Positions 1-8,093 of a stretch of DNA of 64,000 nucleotides are shown here, piece after piece. The translations under genes were made by a program, and so were the position numbers. Under the pieces are notes generated by a model that did not search any database, was not told the DNA's origin, and saw only the letters and a program-made list of their open reading frames with translations. Position 1 is the stretch's first letter; the number at the start of each line of letters is the position of its first letter. This DNA comes from an uncultured Candidatus Saccharibacteria bacterium (GTDB lineage Bacteria > Patescibacteriota > Minisyncoccia > Phycocordibacterales > UBA9973). Location: the NCBI GenBank assembly GCA_964646765.1, contig CAZYIA010000004.1, positions 77,887 through 141,886 of the forward strand, in the 5' to 3' direction.

Positions 1-250
1 GCAACTCCTCGGCAAGCGAGTTTTCCACTGCCCAGGCATCGAGCAGCTTGAGTTTCGACCCGTAGGTGCGGCACAACCGGAATAGCGCGGTGCTCATCTG
101 GTTGAAGTCGCTGAGAGACTTCGGGTCGATCACATCCTGCAGCACGGTCTTGCGGCGCGCCTCGGACTGCTTGCTGCTTTCCAGGCGGCGGGCGCCCGAA
201 AGAAACGACGGCCGAACGGCCACAATTGTGACTTTCTCCAAAACTTCCAT
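1..250 (-). CDS. DUF3150-like protein, N-terminal part (runs off the window edge)
   Basis: Manual translation MEVLEKVTIVAVRPSFLSGARRL...VIDPKSLSDFNQMSTALFRLCRTYGSKL...AWAV resembles the DUF3150 N-terminus; GGAG RBS upstream; AAA/vWA partner genes nearby. Confidence 0.55.
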   Translation of the reverse strand, partial: MEVLEKVTIVAVRPSFLSGARRLESSKQSEARRKTVLQDVIDPKSLSDFNQMSTALFRLCRTYGSKLKLLDAWAVENSLAEEL

Positions 251-262
251 GAGTTTTCTCCA

Positions 263-324
263 TGCAAAGCCCGCCCCCTCACCCCGAGGGAACACGTCGA
301 CCTTGCAGTGGAGTCAGCCGCAGC
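263..324 (-). promoter_or_regulatory. Conserved leader element copy 1 (GCAA box + RNNGT-loop hairpin)
   Basis: GCTG-CGGCT-N9-GCAAGGT...CCCTC GGGGT GAGGG...GCTTTGCA then GGAG RBS. Confidence 0.75.
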
Positions 325-386
325 GTGAATGCAGCTTTCCGTTTCGGTTCATGTCATATCGTATGAGCCGATATGACTTTGGCCGC

Positions 387-426
387 AAAAAAAGCCCAGG
401 GACCGGAGTCGCTGGGCTTGTGTGGG
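387..426 (-). terminator. Intrinsic terminator with C-rich leader
   Basis: CCCACACAAGCCCAG...CTGGGCTTTTTTT just after the stop of 437..562. Confidence 0.65.
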
Positions 427-436
427 TTTGCTTGCG

Positions 437-562
437 CTACCGCTTGTGGGGCGCCTTTTCCATCTTCCTGATCATGAGCTGGAGGCCGATAAAGACCAAT
501 CCAGCCGACAGGCCAGTCAGTGTCATCACCTTCAACGCGAAGTTAATGGTTTCTGCTGCCAT
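437..562 (-). CDS. Small 41-aa membrane protein (not in ORF track)
   Basis: AAGGAG RBS; MAAETINFALKVMTLTGLSAGLVFIGLQLMIRKMEKAPHKR, one hydrophobic helix; terminator follows. Confidence 0.55.
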   Translation of the reverse strand: MAAETINFALKVMTLTGLSAGLVFIGLQLMIRKMEKAPHKR

Positions 563-594
563 GTTCATCTCCTTGATGTCTATGGTAGACGATT

Positions 595-897
595 TTACTC
601 GTCTTTTTCACAAGGCTCCTTGTCGCTGAAGAAAGCGGCCAGGGCCCAGAGGAACGAACCGGCAACAATCACCGCGATCGCCCACCAGACATCGATTCCA
701 GAGACATCGAATTTCAGGAAGCCGATGTCGCCATTGGCGCCCCGGAGCCCCAGTGCCGCAGCGCCGGAGACCAGGAGGATTTCACCCAGCTTTTTCAGCG
801 GAGCGGAAAACGCCTTGGCGACTTTCTTCAGGAAAGGGAGCCAATCCCAATTCAGCAAGCGGGTCACCCACTTGGGGACCTTCATTTTCAGTTTCAT
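595..897 (-). CDS. Hypothetical membrane protein
   Basis: Start at MKLKMKV after AAGGAG; two hydrophobic segments. Confidence 0.6.
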   Translation of the reverse strand: MKLKMKVPKWVTRLLNWDWLPFLKKVAKAFSAPLKKLGEILLVSGAAALGLRGANGDIGFLKFDVSGIDVWWAIAVIVAGSFLWALAAFFSDKEPCEKDE

Positions 898-914
898 TTT
901 TTCTCTCCTTGCAT

Positions 915-972
915 GCAAAGCCATGCCAGACCATCCGGCATGAACGAACTTTGCCTTTCCGGAAGCGGTTGC
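915..972 (-). promoter_or_regulatory. Conserved leader element copy 2
   Basis: GCAA-CCGCT-N9-GCAAAGT...CATGCCGG ATGGT CTGGCATG-GCTTTGC then AAGGAG. Confidence 0.8.
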
Positions 973-988
973 GCTCATCTGGCATTGC

Positions 989-1044
989 GCAATGGCTGCC
1001 CTGAAGGCAAAGCGACGGGTTTCCGCGGTGGAAACCGGCAATGC
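989..1044 (+). promoter_or_regulatory. Conserved leader element copy 3 (divergent from copy 2)
   Basis: GCAA-TGGCT-N9-GCAAAG...GGTTTCC GCGGT GGAAACC...GCAATGC then AAGGAG. Confidence 0.8.
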
Positions 1045-1057
1045 GAAGGAGATGAGC

Positions 1058-1654
1058 ATGGGATGGACTTACACCCACAAGCCCGCGGGCCAGAAAATTC
1101 TCGACTTTTTTGTCGACCACGGTGTGCTGCGCTGGCCGGACGACAATCCGCGCGAACACCGTGTGCTCGACACGGCTCTCGTGAACCTTACCGAGTTCTA
1201 CGTGGCCCTGGAGGTCACGGACAAGGCAAGCGGCGAGCGTTACGTCACTGCGCTGGTGATTCTGGTACGTATGACACGCGACCACCGGTACAACTTCGGG
1301 TGGAAAGACATGAGTGAGGCAATGGGTCCGTACCAGACCAACTGCCCCGAGCGCATCCTCAAGCTTCTGACGCCGACCGAGCACGAATGGGCTGCCGAGT
1401 GGCGCCAGAAATGCTGGAAGAAGATCGAGGAACGCAAGCTCGTGCCGACGCTACGGAAAGACGTCGTCCTGAACTTCCAGACGCCTATTCCATTCGCAAG
1501 CGGCAAGCAAGACAAGCTGGTGGTGACGTCTGTCAAAGGGCGCCGGGTCAGCTGCACTGATGCGGACGGCTGGGGCTGGTACCGTCTGACCCGCGACTGG
1601 ATCAACCACAAGGCAGCGATCGGCGAGCTGAGCTTTTCCAGGAGGAACGCATGA
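1058..1654 (+). CDS. DUF6927-like plasmid protein
   Basis: MGWT start after AAGGAG; motif GWKDMSEAMGPYQTNCPERILKLLTP...AAEWRQKC. Confidence 0.65.
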   Translation: MGWTYTHKPAGQKILDFFVDHGVLRWPDDNPREHRVLDTALVNLTEFYVALEVTDKASGERYVTALVILVRMTRDHRYNFGWKDMSEAMGPYQTNCPERILKLLTPTEHEWAAEWRQKCWKKIEERKLVPTLRKDVVLNFQTPIPFASGKQDKLVVTSVKGRRVSCTDADGWGWYRLTRDWINHKAAIGELSFSRRNA

Positions 1655-2154
1655 ACAATATGATCGATGAAATCGTGGCCGCAGCACAAACGGCAGAAAA
1701 CGGCGTATTTGCGACGTTCGAGGTGTCCTGGAAGTTCGTTGCGACGATTCAGATCGAAAAAATGGATTCGACGGATCTGAACGAAGACACGCTGCGCCAA
1801 TTGCTTGGCGAACAGGTCGACGAACTGATCTCGATGGAGGATTCCTCCGATGCGATCGAGATCGAATCCCTCATCGGGATTCGCGACGATGTGACCGATT
1901 GCCTAATCGGGACTCCGCTCCGCTTACGCCACTATGCGGTGATCGGCCGAATCCCCGGCGATGACGAGGATACGTGCCGTACTTTCACAGCGACCTCGCA
2001 CGTGGAAGCCATGGAGATGTTCGCCGACGTTGTCTACGCCGAACGCAATCTGTCCGAGAAAGATCGCGAACAGATCGCCGACGAGACCGGCAGCGACCTT
2101 GGGGTTTTCATTAACCAGGTGCTCGCTTCGGACTCCACAATCGACGAGCTTTGA
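1651..2154 (+). CDS. Acidic hypothetical protein
   Basis: ATGA overlap with the upstream gene; GGAGG RBS. Confidence 0.7.
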   Translation: MNNMIDEIVAAAQTAENGVFATFEVSWKFVATIQIEKMDSTDLNEDTLRQLLGEQVDELISMEDSSDAIEIESLIGIRDDVTDCLIGTPLRLRHYAVIGRIPGDDEDTCRTFTATSHVEAMEMFADVVYAERNLSEKDREQIADETGSDLGVFINQVLASDSTIDEL

Positions 2155-2342
2155 CCGCCGGCCTTCGGCGGGTTTGCCCCCCCCCTTCCCCGCGTCTGTG
2201 ATTCGCTCACGGTGGGGATTATTTTGGGTCGTCCTTCCGTTGCGGCGATGTGCGCTGGGCATCTTCCAATCTGGCCTGCATCCGACCACCTTATCGGGGC
2301 CATGGACCAAATCTGAACCCGGGTTCCGTGCTGCGGCCACGG

Positions 2343-3464
2343 TCATCGCACGCCCATAAGCGACCGGATGCGGTCAAGGGCTTCGTGTGCGGCTGCGCGC
2401 GCTCCTTGCTGCACACTCGCTGCGGCAATCGCGTCGGGCGCGATCTTTTCCGTGTGCCGCCACGCCCCAAGCCGGCCGGCGCGTACGAGCTTCAGCAACT
2501 CGGCGTGCGGCACGCTCCCCGACGCGCCTACGAGCTCGCCATGGAAACCACTTGACCGCTGCCGGATACGGATCGCCTGCGCCCCTCCGTCGACGCAAAC
2601 CAGCGTGTCGACCAGCGCCTCTAACTGCTGCTCGCCGCGATGCGCGGCCGCCTGTTCAACCGCCGCGGCATCCAGCTCACGTTTCTGCCACGCGTAGTCG
2701 ACGTCCTGCCGGATCAGGTGCTGCAGGAAGCCGACCAGCATGCGTCCTCGCCGCTTCTCGATTGCCGCACGCTTTGCTTCCACGATGTCGGACAGGCGCT
2801 TGTTGGACTTGCCCGCAAGGCGCATGAGCCAGAACACCGTCCAGCATGAAAGCCCTTTCTCGATCAGACAGAAAAGCTCCCGCGGTACCGGCTTGTGCAC
2901 CGCTGGGCGGTTATGGGATTGTCTCTTCGAAGAAGATTGCTCTAACGAGTCTTCCTTAATGAGTGGCTCATTTTGAACCACAGGTGAATGGGTCTGGTCG
3001 AACAATGACTGCGGAGGCCTTGGTGCGATCTCGCGCGCCGCGCTGTCGAAGGTTCGCGCGAGCCCGGCCTGCTCGACGAATGTGGCGGCAAAACGGATCG
3101 GAGTGCCCTGGTAACGTCGGCGGCGCGCGTCGTAGCCCTGATCCTCCCGCACCAGCCAGCCGCGTTCTTCCAGAACCGCGTATGCGCGTTTCACGCTCGA
3201 GCGTGAAACGCCGGCGGCCGTCGCGATGAAGGCCTGGTTGTAGGCCGAGGGATGGATCAGCGCCGGATCCTTGAAGTTGCGCCGCGCCAGCAAGGCAATC
3301 AGGACCTCCTGGGTTGCACGGGTCATCGCGAGGAAGTCGGGCATCTGGAAAAGACGCCTGATCGCCGCCCGCAGGACGGCATCATCCGTCGCGCGCGTGG
3401 TCTCCAGTGTCTCCGAAAACCCATCCAGCGAGAGTTGACGTGGCAATACGGCGTGCACAGACAT
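2343..3464 (-). CDS. HTH-containing replication protein (Rep-O-like, betaproteobacterial plasmid type)
   Basis: wHTH-like NQAFIATAAGVSRSSVKRAYAVLEERGWLVRE; C-terminal VFWLMRLA..RLSDIV segment; GGAG RBS. Confidence 0.55.
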   Translation of the reverse strand: MSVHAVLPRQLSLDGFSETLETTRATDDAVLRAAIRRLFQMPDFLAMTRATQEVLIALLARRNFKDPALIHPSAYNQAFIATAAGVSRSSVKRAYAVLEERGWLVREDQGYDARRRRYQGTPIRFAATFVEQAGLARTFDSAAREIAPRPPQSLFDQTHSPVVQNEPLIKEDSLEQSSSKRQSHNRPAVHKPVPRELFCLIEKGLSCWTVFWLMRLAGKSNKRLSDIVEAKRAAIEKRRGRMLVGFLQHLIRQDVDYAWQKRELDAAAVEQAAAHRGEQQLEALVDTLVCVDGGAQAIRIRQRSSGFHGELVGASGSVPHAELLKLVRAGRLGAWRHTEKIAPDAIAAASVQQGARAAAHEALDRIRSLMGVR

Positions 3465-3741
3465 GCTTTTCTCCAACACCCTGTTGGCGACCGTGCACAG
3501 CTCTCATCACCTCTCATCCCTCTATCTGACCTGGCAAAACGAACTTGTTGTGGGCAACCGGAAGAAAATGCTTGACTATTTAATTCTTAACTGGTAAAAA
3601 TTAAAGTAATCACCGGTTGATCTGGTGATTCCTGGCGCCAACCAGGTATCGTGTTTTGTTCGCTTCGTAGTTCGTTTTGCTGGTTCGTTTGCCAGATCAG
3701 TGATGACGAGTTCAATTCGAGTTGACGAGTTGCTGTACACG

Positions 3742-3770
3742 AAAGCCCGGTTTTAACCGGGCTTTTTTTT
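3742..3770. terminator. Hairpin/terminator
   Basis: AAAGCCCGG TTTTAA CCGGGCTTTTTTTT. Confidence 0.6.
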
Positions 3771-3842
3771 CGCCCTCCTGAAACCGTCCGTGCGGGACGG
3801 GCCAAAAAAAACGCACCCCTGTCCAGGTAGTGCGTGTGCTTT

Positions 3843-4229
3843 TCACCTTGCGTAGTTCGCAGTCCTTTGGGCAGCGCGAAATGCCATGCCAAGGACGATG
3901 TTCTGCAGCATCACCGCAGAGCGGTTCGCCGCTTCCTCCCGGGCCCTTTCTTCCAGCCGGCGCCGCAGGCTCGGGGAGAGCGCGGCCGGATCCGCCAATG
4001 CCAGGGCCCGGGAGCGTTTCTCGGCGCGCAGAAGGCGCCAGTGATTGCGCGTGGCGTTCTCCACTTCCGCGCGCTCGACGCGTCCCTGTCGTTCCAGCGA
4101 CGCGAGGATTCCGCCTATCTCATGAGCCGCTAACCCTGTCGTCTCGCGTATCTCGCCGATTGTCGTCGTGCGCCCTGTACACATGCGCATGGCTTCAATT
4201 ACCCGGTTGGTCTTGTTCAGTTTCCCCAT
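3843..4229 (-). CDS. Winged-helix DNA-binding protein
   Basis: TTIGEIRETTGLAAHEIGGILASLERQGRVER; GGAGGAG RBS. Confidence 0.6.
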   Translation of the reverse strand: MGKLNKTNRVIEAMRMCTGRTTTIGEIRETTGLAAHEIGGILASLERQGRVERAEVENATRNHWRLLRAEKRSRALALADPAALSPSLRRRLEERAREEAANRSAVMLQNIVLGMAFRAAQRTANYAR

Positions 4230-4425
4230 CGTCTTGCTCCTCCGTCGAATCGATTCCGTTGGTCAAAAAGTGTCGAGGTCATTTACAGCAGTCCGAGGGT
4301 CCGTGGTCATCGTGCACAACGCACACGGTGACGTGGATGCCTTTATAATCCGTGTTGCGTGGTTGTGCAAGTGCTTTTATTCTTGCTCGCGTTGCCGTGG
4401 ATGTGCTGCGCACATCACCGGTCGG

Positions 4426-4485
4426 GCAACGGCTGGCTCCAGGGCAAGGTGAGCCTGGTGCCCGCGGTGGGGACCGGCCTTGTTT
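4426..4485 (+). promoter_or_regulatory. Conserved leader element copy 4
   Basis: GCAA-CGGCT-N9-GCAAGGT...CCC GCGGT GGG...GCCTTGTTT then AAGGAG. Confidence 0.8.
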
Positions 4486-4498
4486 TAAGGAGCAAGTG

Positions 4499-5050
4499 AT
4501 GAACATCAAGACCGTTTTGGCGGCGGCAAGTCGTCTGGCCGCGCGCTTGTTTGGCACGTCGGCTTCGGCAGGCTGGCTGTGGGTCGGCGACGACGATGCG
4601 TCAGTACTGTTCGAGAAGAAGTTCGAGCACGACGAGTTCTTCGTCGTGGCCCGGCTTGCCATCGACGAGGACAGCGGGGTTGACGCACGGTTTTCCGACG
4701 TATGGAAGCCGGGTGCGATGTTGCTGCCCAAGCGATGGAAGGAGCACCTGTCGCGGGACATCCAGTGGTACGTCCCGCGTCAAGGCCTGAAAGCATCCTG
4801 GGTTCTCCAGGACCACATGCAGAGCGACATTCAGGTCGCGCTGGGCGAACGCCCGCTATACCGCCTCGACGTGGAGATCTGGTTCGGCAACGAGTGCCTG
4901 ATCATCCGCGGCAACCAGGGGCTGGTGCTCAATCTCGACGACTACAACTTTGTCGAGGTCGAGGAGATCACTGCTTCGCTCGCCGAGGAAGCAGTGGCGG
5001 CAACCCGCAGAACCAGGCTTTACGAAGATATGGTTCTCGGGATGTGCTGA
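4499..5050 (+). CDS. Hypothetical protein
   Basis: Start MNIKTV after AAGGAG; terminator immediately after the stop. Confidence 0.7.
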   Translation: MNIKTVLAAASRLAARLFGTSASAGWLWVGDDDASVLFEKKFEHDEFFVVARLAIDEDSGVDARFSDVWKPGAMLLPKRWKEHLSRDIQWYVPRQGLKASWVLQDHMQSDIQVALGERPLYRLDVEIWFGNECLIIRGNQGLVLNLDDYNFVEVEEITASLAEEAVAATRRTRLYEDMVLGMC

Positions 5051-5053
5051 TTT

Positions 5054-5097
5054 CCCCAAACCCGCGTCAGTGATTCGTTCACGGCGGGTTTTTCTTT
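5054..5097 (+). terminator. CCCCAA-leader terminator
   Basis: CCCCAAACCCGC...GTGA TTCG TTCAC.GCGGGTTTTTCTTT. Confidence 0.75.
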
Positions 5098-5117
5098 GTG
5101 CGCAAAACCGCATCGAC

Positions 5118-5175
5118 GCACAGGCTGTCTTTGTTGCAAGGGTCGGAGGCGTTCGTTGTGAATGCTGCCTTTGCA
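5118..5175 (+). promoter_or_regulatory. Conserved leader element copy 5
   Basis: GCAC-AGGCT-N9-GCAAGGG...GCGTTC GTTGT GAATGC..CCTTTGCA then AGGAG. Confidence 0.8.
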
Positions 5176-5187
5176 AGGAGAATCAAG

Positions 5188-5847
5188 ATGCATCAACATG
5201 CCACCCAGAGTCCGGAAGCCACTCTGAAATACTCCAAGGCGGTCATTTTCGTGCCGCGGGAGGGCTCGATGCTCGATCACCAGATCGCGCCAGCCAGCGG
5301 TATCGTTGGCGTCATGAATGGCGGGCAGTTGGTCCTGTATTTCGAGGGTAACCTGTTTCAGTCGAGCAGCCTTGCCCGCCCTGAAGATCGTGTGTGCTGT
5401 GCCTTTGGGCGTGCCAGTGTCGGTTATCCAACAATCGCCAAGCGTGGCGTGGCTCCGGAAGAATACGTCGACCTGATCCGCGTCGGCGAGGTGCATTGGC
5501 CCAACGAGATTCGCTGGGACAGCCCGGGCAGCGCCCTGGTATTCCAGGAATACATGGCACGCCAGCAGACGCAAGGCGCCCTGTCCGGTTTGCATGTCAT
5601 GGAAGCGGACATGACGGAGCTGCTGGAGTCGTACGAAGATCCCAGGACACGCGAGGAATGGCGCTGGATCGAGGCCATGGCGAGCTTCAATCATGTTGCC
5701 AATGACGTGACCCCCGGCGTGTTCGAGTTCCTGGTGCGTGTGCGGGAAGCGGACGAGTATGAGGCCCCGCCTCCGCTCGCGGTTTGCGGCGTGCTCGATG
5801 CCGCACGCGCCCAGGGCATTGAATGGGTGATGTTCTATCAGGGCTGA
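5188..5847 (+). CDS. Hypothetical protein
   Basis: Start MHQHAT after AAGGAG; terminator follows. Confidence 0.7.
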   Translation: MHQHATQSPEATLKYSKAVIFVPREGSMLDHQIAPASGIVGVMNGGQLVLYFEGNLFQSSSLARPEDRVCCAFGRASVGYPTIAKRGVAPEEYVDLIRVGEVHWPNEIRWDSPGSALVFQEYMARQQTQGALSGLHVMEADMTELLESYEDPRTREEWRWIEAMASFNHVANDVTPGVFEFLVRVREADEYEAPPPLAVCGVLDAARAQGIEWVMFYQG

Positions 5848-5865
5848 TCGCTAGCACGGCAGCCG

Positions 5866-5906
5866 CCCCCCCAACCCCGCGCAGATTCGTCTGCCGGGGC
5901 TTTTTT
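5866..5906 (+). terminator. CCCCAA-leader terminator
   Basis: CCCCCCCAACCCCG.GCAGA TTCG TCTGC CGGGGCTTTTTT. Confidence 0.75.
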
Positions 5907-5930
5907 GTGTGCGCGGAAACCCGTACTGAC

Positions 5931-5983
5931 GCTACGGCTGACATGCGGACAACGGACAGCTTTTCGCGGTGAAAAGCGCGTTG
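5931..5983 (+). promoter_or_regulatory. Conserved leader element copy 6
   Basis: GCTA-CGGCT-N9-ACAACG...GCTTTTC GCGGT GAAAAGC.CGTTG (compensatory base stem). Confidence 0.75.
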
Positions 5984-6010
5984 ACTCTGAGTGCACAAGG
6001 AGGCAACAAC

Positions 6011-7387
6011 ATGGAGATCAAGAAAATCTCCGAGCTGTTCGGCGTGGCCGCGCCGGACACCGCTCAAATCGAAGTGAACGAACCTTCGTTCGAAACGCCG
6101 GAAATAGACTCGGCGTACTCGTTTAACGAGGACCAGATCCGGCGTTTGCAGACCTGGTGGCGGGGCAAGGTGAAAAAGTCGATCTTCCTCACCGGGCCCA
6201 CCGGATGCGGGAAGACCACGCTGATCGAGCAGTTCGCCGCGCGCATCGGAGCCGATTTCTTTCTGGTTCCCTGCCACGGCAAGCTCGACATGGCCGAATT
6301 GCTCGGCAGCAAGGGCATCGCCAAGGATGGTTCGACGTTTTTCGAGCACGGTATCGGGGTGCGCGCCATGCGGCACCAGCGCCCGTGCATCCTGGCCATG
6401 GACGAGATGAACTTCGTCCCACCGGGCTCGATCGGCCTTCTCAACCGGATTACCGAGCTGAAAAGCTTTTCGATTCCGGAAACAGGAGAGGTGATCACGC
6501 CCATGCCCTGGGTCCGCATTGCGGCAACCGGTAACGCGGTCGAACGTGGTGACGATGCAGTTCGTTACCGCGGTACGCAGGCCATGAACGTCGCCCTGCT
6601 GAACCGGTTTCTCGGTATGCGGATGAACTACATGGAGGCGACATCGGAAGCTGCGATGTTGAATACGGCGATTCCTGGCCTGCACCCCAGGCTGATCGAG
6701 CGTCTGGTCGAGCTCGCCAATGAGGTGCGGAACGGATTTGCCCAGGGCACGCTGGAAGTCGTCATGTCCACCCGGACCCTGCTCGACATGGCCCAGGCCT
6801 TGTTCGACCGGAAGGCGCTTGTGGCGAAAAATCCAGTCGAAGAGGTCAACTGGGCGATGGAGTTCTGCCTGACCGACCTCGCGCGGCCGGAAGACCGCGA
6901 TGTGGTTGCACGGCTGGTTCAGGACAAGTTTCACGGCCTGAAGCTGTCCCCGGCAACCGCAACGGCGTCGCCAAAGCCGAAGACGTTCTCGTCGGCGCCT
7001 GTCGACCAGTCGAATGCCGAGATCAGCTTCTGGATTCATCCGAACCGTGGAGCCAAGGGTGCGGCATTCTGGGGATACGTCGAAAGCGACGGCGTATGTC
7101 GGTCCGTCAATGGCAACATTGACGAAGCAGCCCCGCGAGACGGCGAAATTCGCGACATGAAGTGGATCGCTGACCGCGCCAGGGACAAGGAAGCCAAGGG
7201 TTACACCAGGGTGTCAGCCCCTTGTCCGATTCTCCTGCCAACCGGCTCGAGTTCCTCGCAAAGCGAGGTCATCGATGCAGTCAGGGCTGTCGTTGAACTT
7301 GTGAGGGATTACAGGGACAACAAGCCCGTGCAAGTCCCGGGAAACCTGCAGGCCTTCATTGTCGAGGCCATGACAGCGTTCTCCTGA
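6011..7387 (+). CDS. CbbQ/NirQ/CobS-like MoxR AAA+ ATPase with a C-terminal WGR-like extension
   Basis: Walker A GPTGCGKT, Walker B LAMDEMN, AATGN, RYRGTQAMNVALLNRF, lid MSTRTL; C-terminal FWG...DKEAKGY. Confidence 0.85.
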   Translation: MEIKKISELFGVAAPDTAQIEVNEPSFETPEIDSAYSFNEDQIRRLQTWWRGKVKKSIFLTGPTGCGKTTLIEQFAARIGADFFLVPCHGKLDMAELLGSKGIAKDGSTFFEHGIGVRAMRHQRPCILAMDEMNFVPPGSIGLLNRITELKSFSIPETGEVITPMPWVRIAATGNAVERGDDAVRYRGTQAMNVALLNRFLGMRMNYMEATSEAAMLNTAIPGLHPRLIERLVELANEVRNGFAQGTLEVVMSTRTLLDMAQALFDRKALVAKNPVEEVNWAMEFCLTDLARPEDRDVVARLVQDKFHGLKLSPATATASPKPKTFSSAPVDQSNAEISFWIHPNRGAKGAAFWGYVESDGVCRSVNGNIDEAAPRDGEIRDMKWIADRARDKEAKGYTRVSAPCPILLPTGSSSSQSEVIDAVRAVVELVRDYRDNKPVQVPGNLQAFIVEAMTAFS

Positions 7388-7394
7388 TTTTCCT

Positions 7395-7435
7395 CCCCCC
7401 AACCCCGCATGGATTCGTCCGGCGGGGTTTTCTTT
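7395..7435 (+). terminator. CCCCAA-leader terminator
   Basis: CCCCCCAACCCCGC..GGA TTCG TCC.GCGGGGTTTTCTTT. Confidence 0.75.
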
Positions 7436-7454
7436 GTTGGGAATCCTCGGTTGC

Positions 7455-7505
7455 GCATCGGCTTATCCAGGAACAAGGAGCGCTTCCCGTGGTGGGAACC
7501 CTTGT
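7455..7505 (+). promoter_or_regulatory. Conserved leader element copy 7
   Basis: GCAT-CGGCT-N9-ACAAGG...TTCCC GTGGT GGGAA.CCTTGT then AAGGAG. Confidence 0.8.
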
Positions 7506-7522
7506 CTGAAAAGGAGCAAATC

Positions 7523-7972
7523 ATGCAGGAACAACAGTCGATCAAAGTCTTCGTCCTCTGCCGGGACGCCAACGGCGCACCGGATCTGGTGACCTATCAA
7601 ATCGCGGCCACGGCCGACGAGATAGGCAACGGCGCGCACTACGAGATGGCCATTGCCCGCGCGGAAAACGACGCCTACGAGAGCCCATTCGAGGCGTTCG
7701 ACGAGCACGATCCCGCGGCGCGCAGGATTGTCCGGGTTGAGCCCGAAGAGCCTGAAGTCTCTCATTACCTGCTCATCATGGTTGGCGACGTCGAGCCCGA
7801 GTTGTCCGGGCCTTACCCGCACGCCGAGGCCGTGCTGGAGGCAGCACGACGTCAGCGCGACGGCGACCCGGACATGGAAAACGGTCTGTTCAGGCTGACC
7901 GTCCGTAATGGACAGCCCGAAGTCGCCGCCTTCAGCGGCATGGATCTCGAACTGGACGAGTTCGCGCCTTAA
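7523..7972 (+). CDS. Hypothetical protein
   Basis: Start MQEQQ after AAGGAG; terminator follows. Confidence 0.7.
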   Translation: MQEQQSIKVFVLCRDANGAPDLVTYQIAATADEIGNGAHYEMAIARAENDAYESPFEAFDEHDPAARRIVRVEPEEPEVSHYLLIMVGDVEPELSGPYPHAEAVLEAARRQRDGDPDMENGLFRLTVRNGQPEVAAFSGMDLELDEFAP

Positions 7973-8089
7973 CCCCTCCCTACCCGGTTCATTCCTTCGG
8001 AATGGCCGGGTTTTTCAATGCCAGGTATTTGTTGTACCGTGCTCGGCCAAAAAAAATCCACCACGGCCGAAGCGCATGGTGGATTGGGG
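7973..8089. terminator. Back-to-back terminators of convergent genes (7973-8015 on +; 8049-8089 on -)
   Basis: Both have a C-rich leader, a TTCG-loop hairpin and a T-tract. Confidence 0.7.
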
Positions 8090-8093
8090 AACG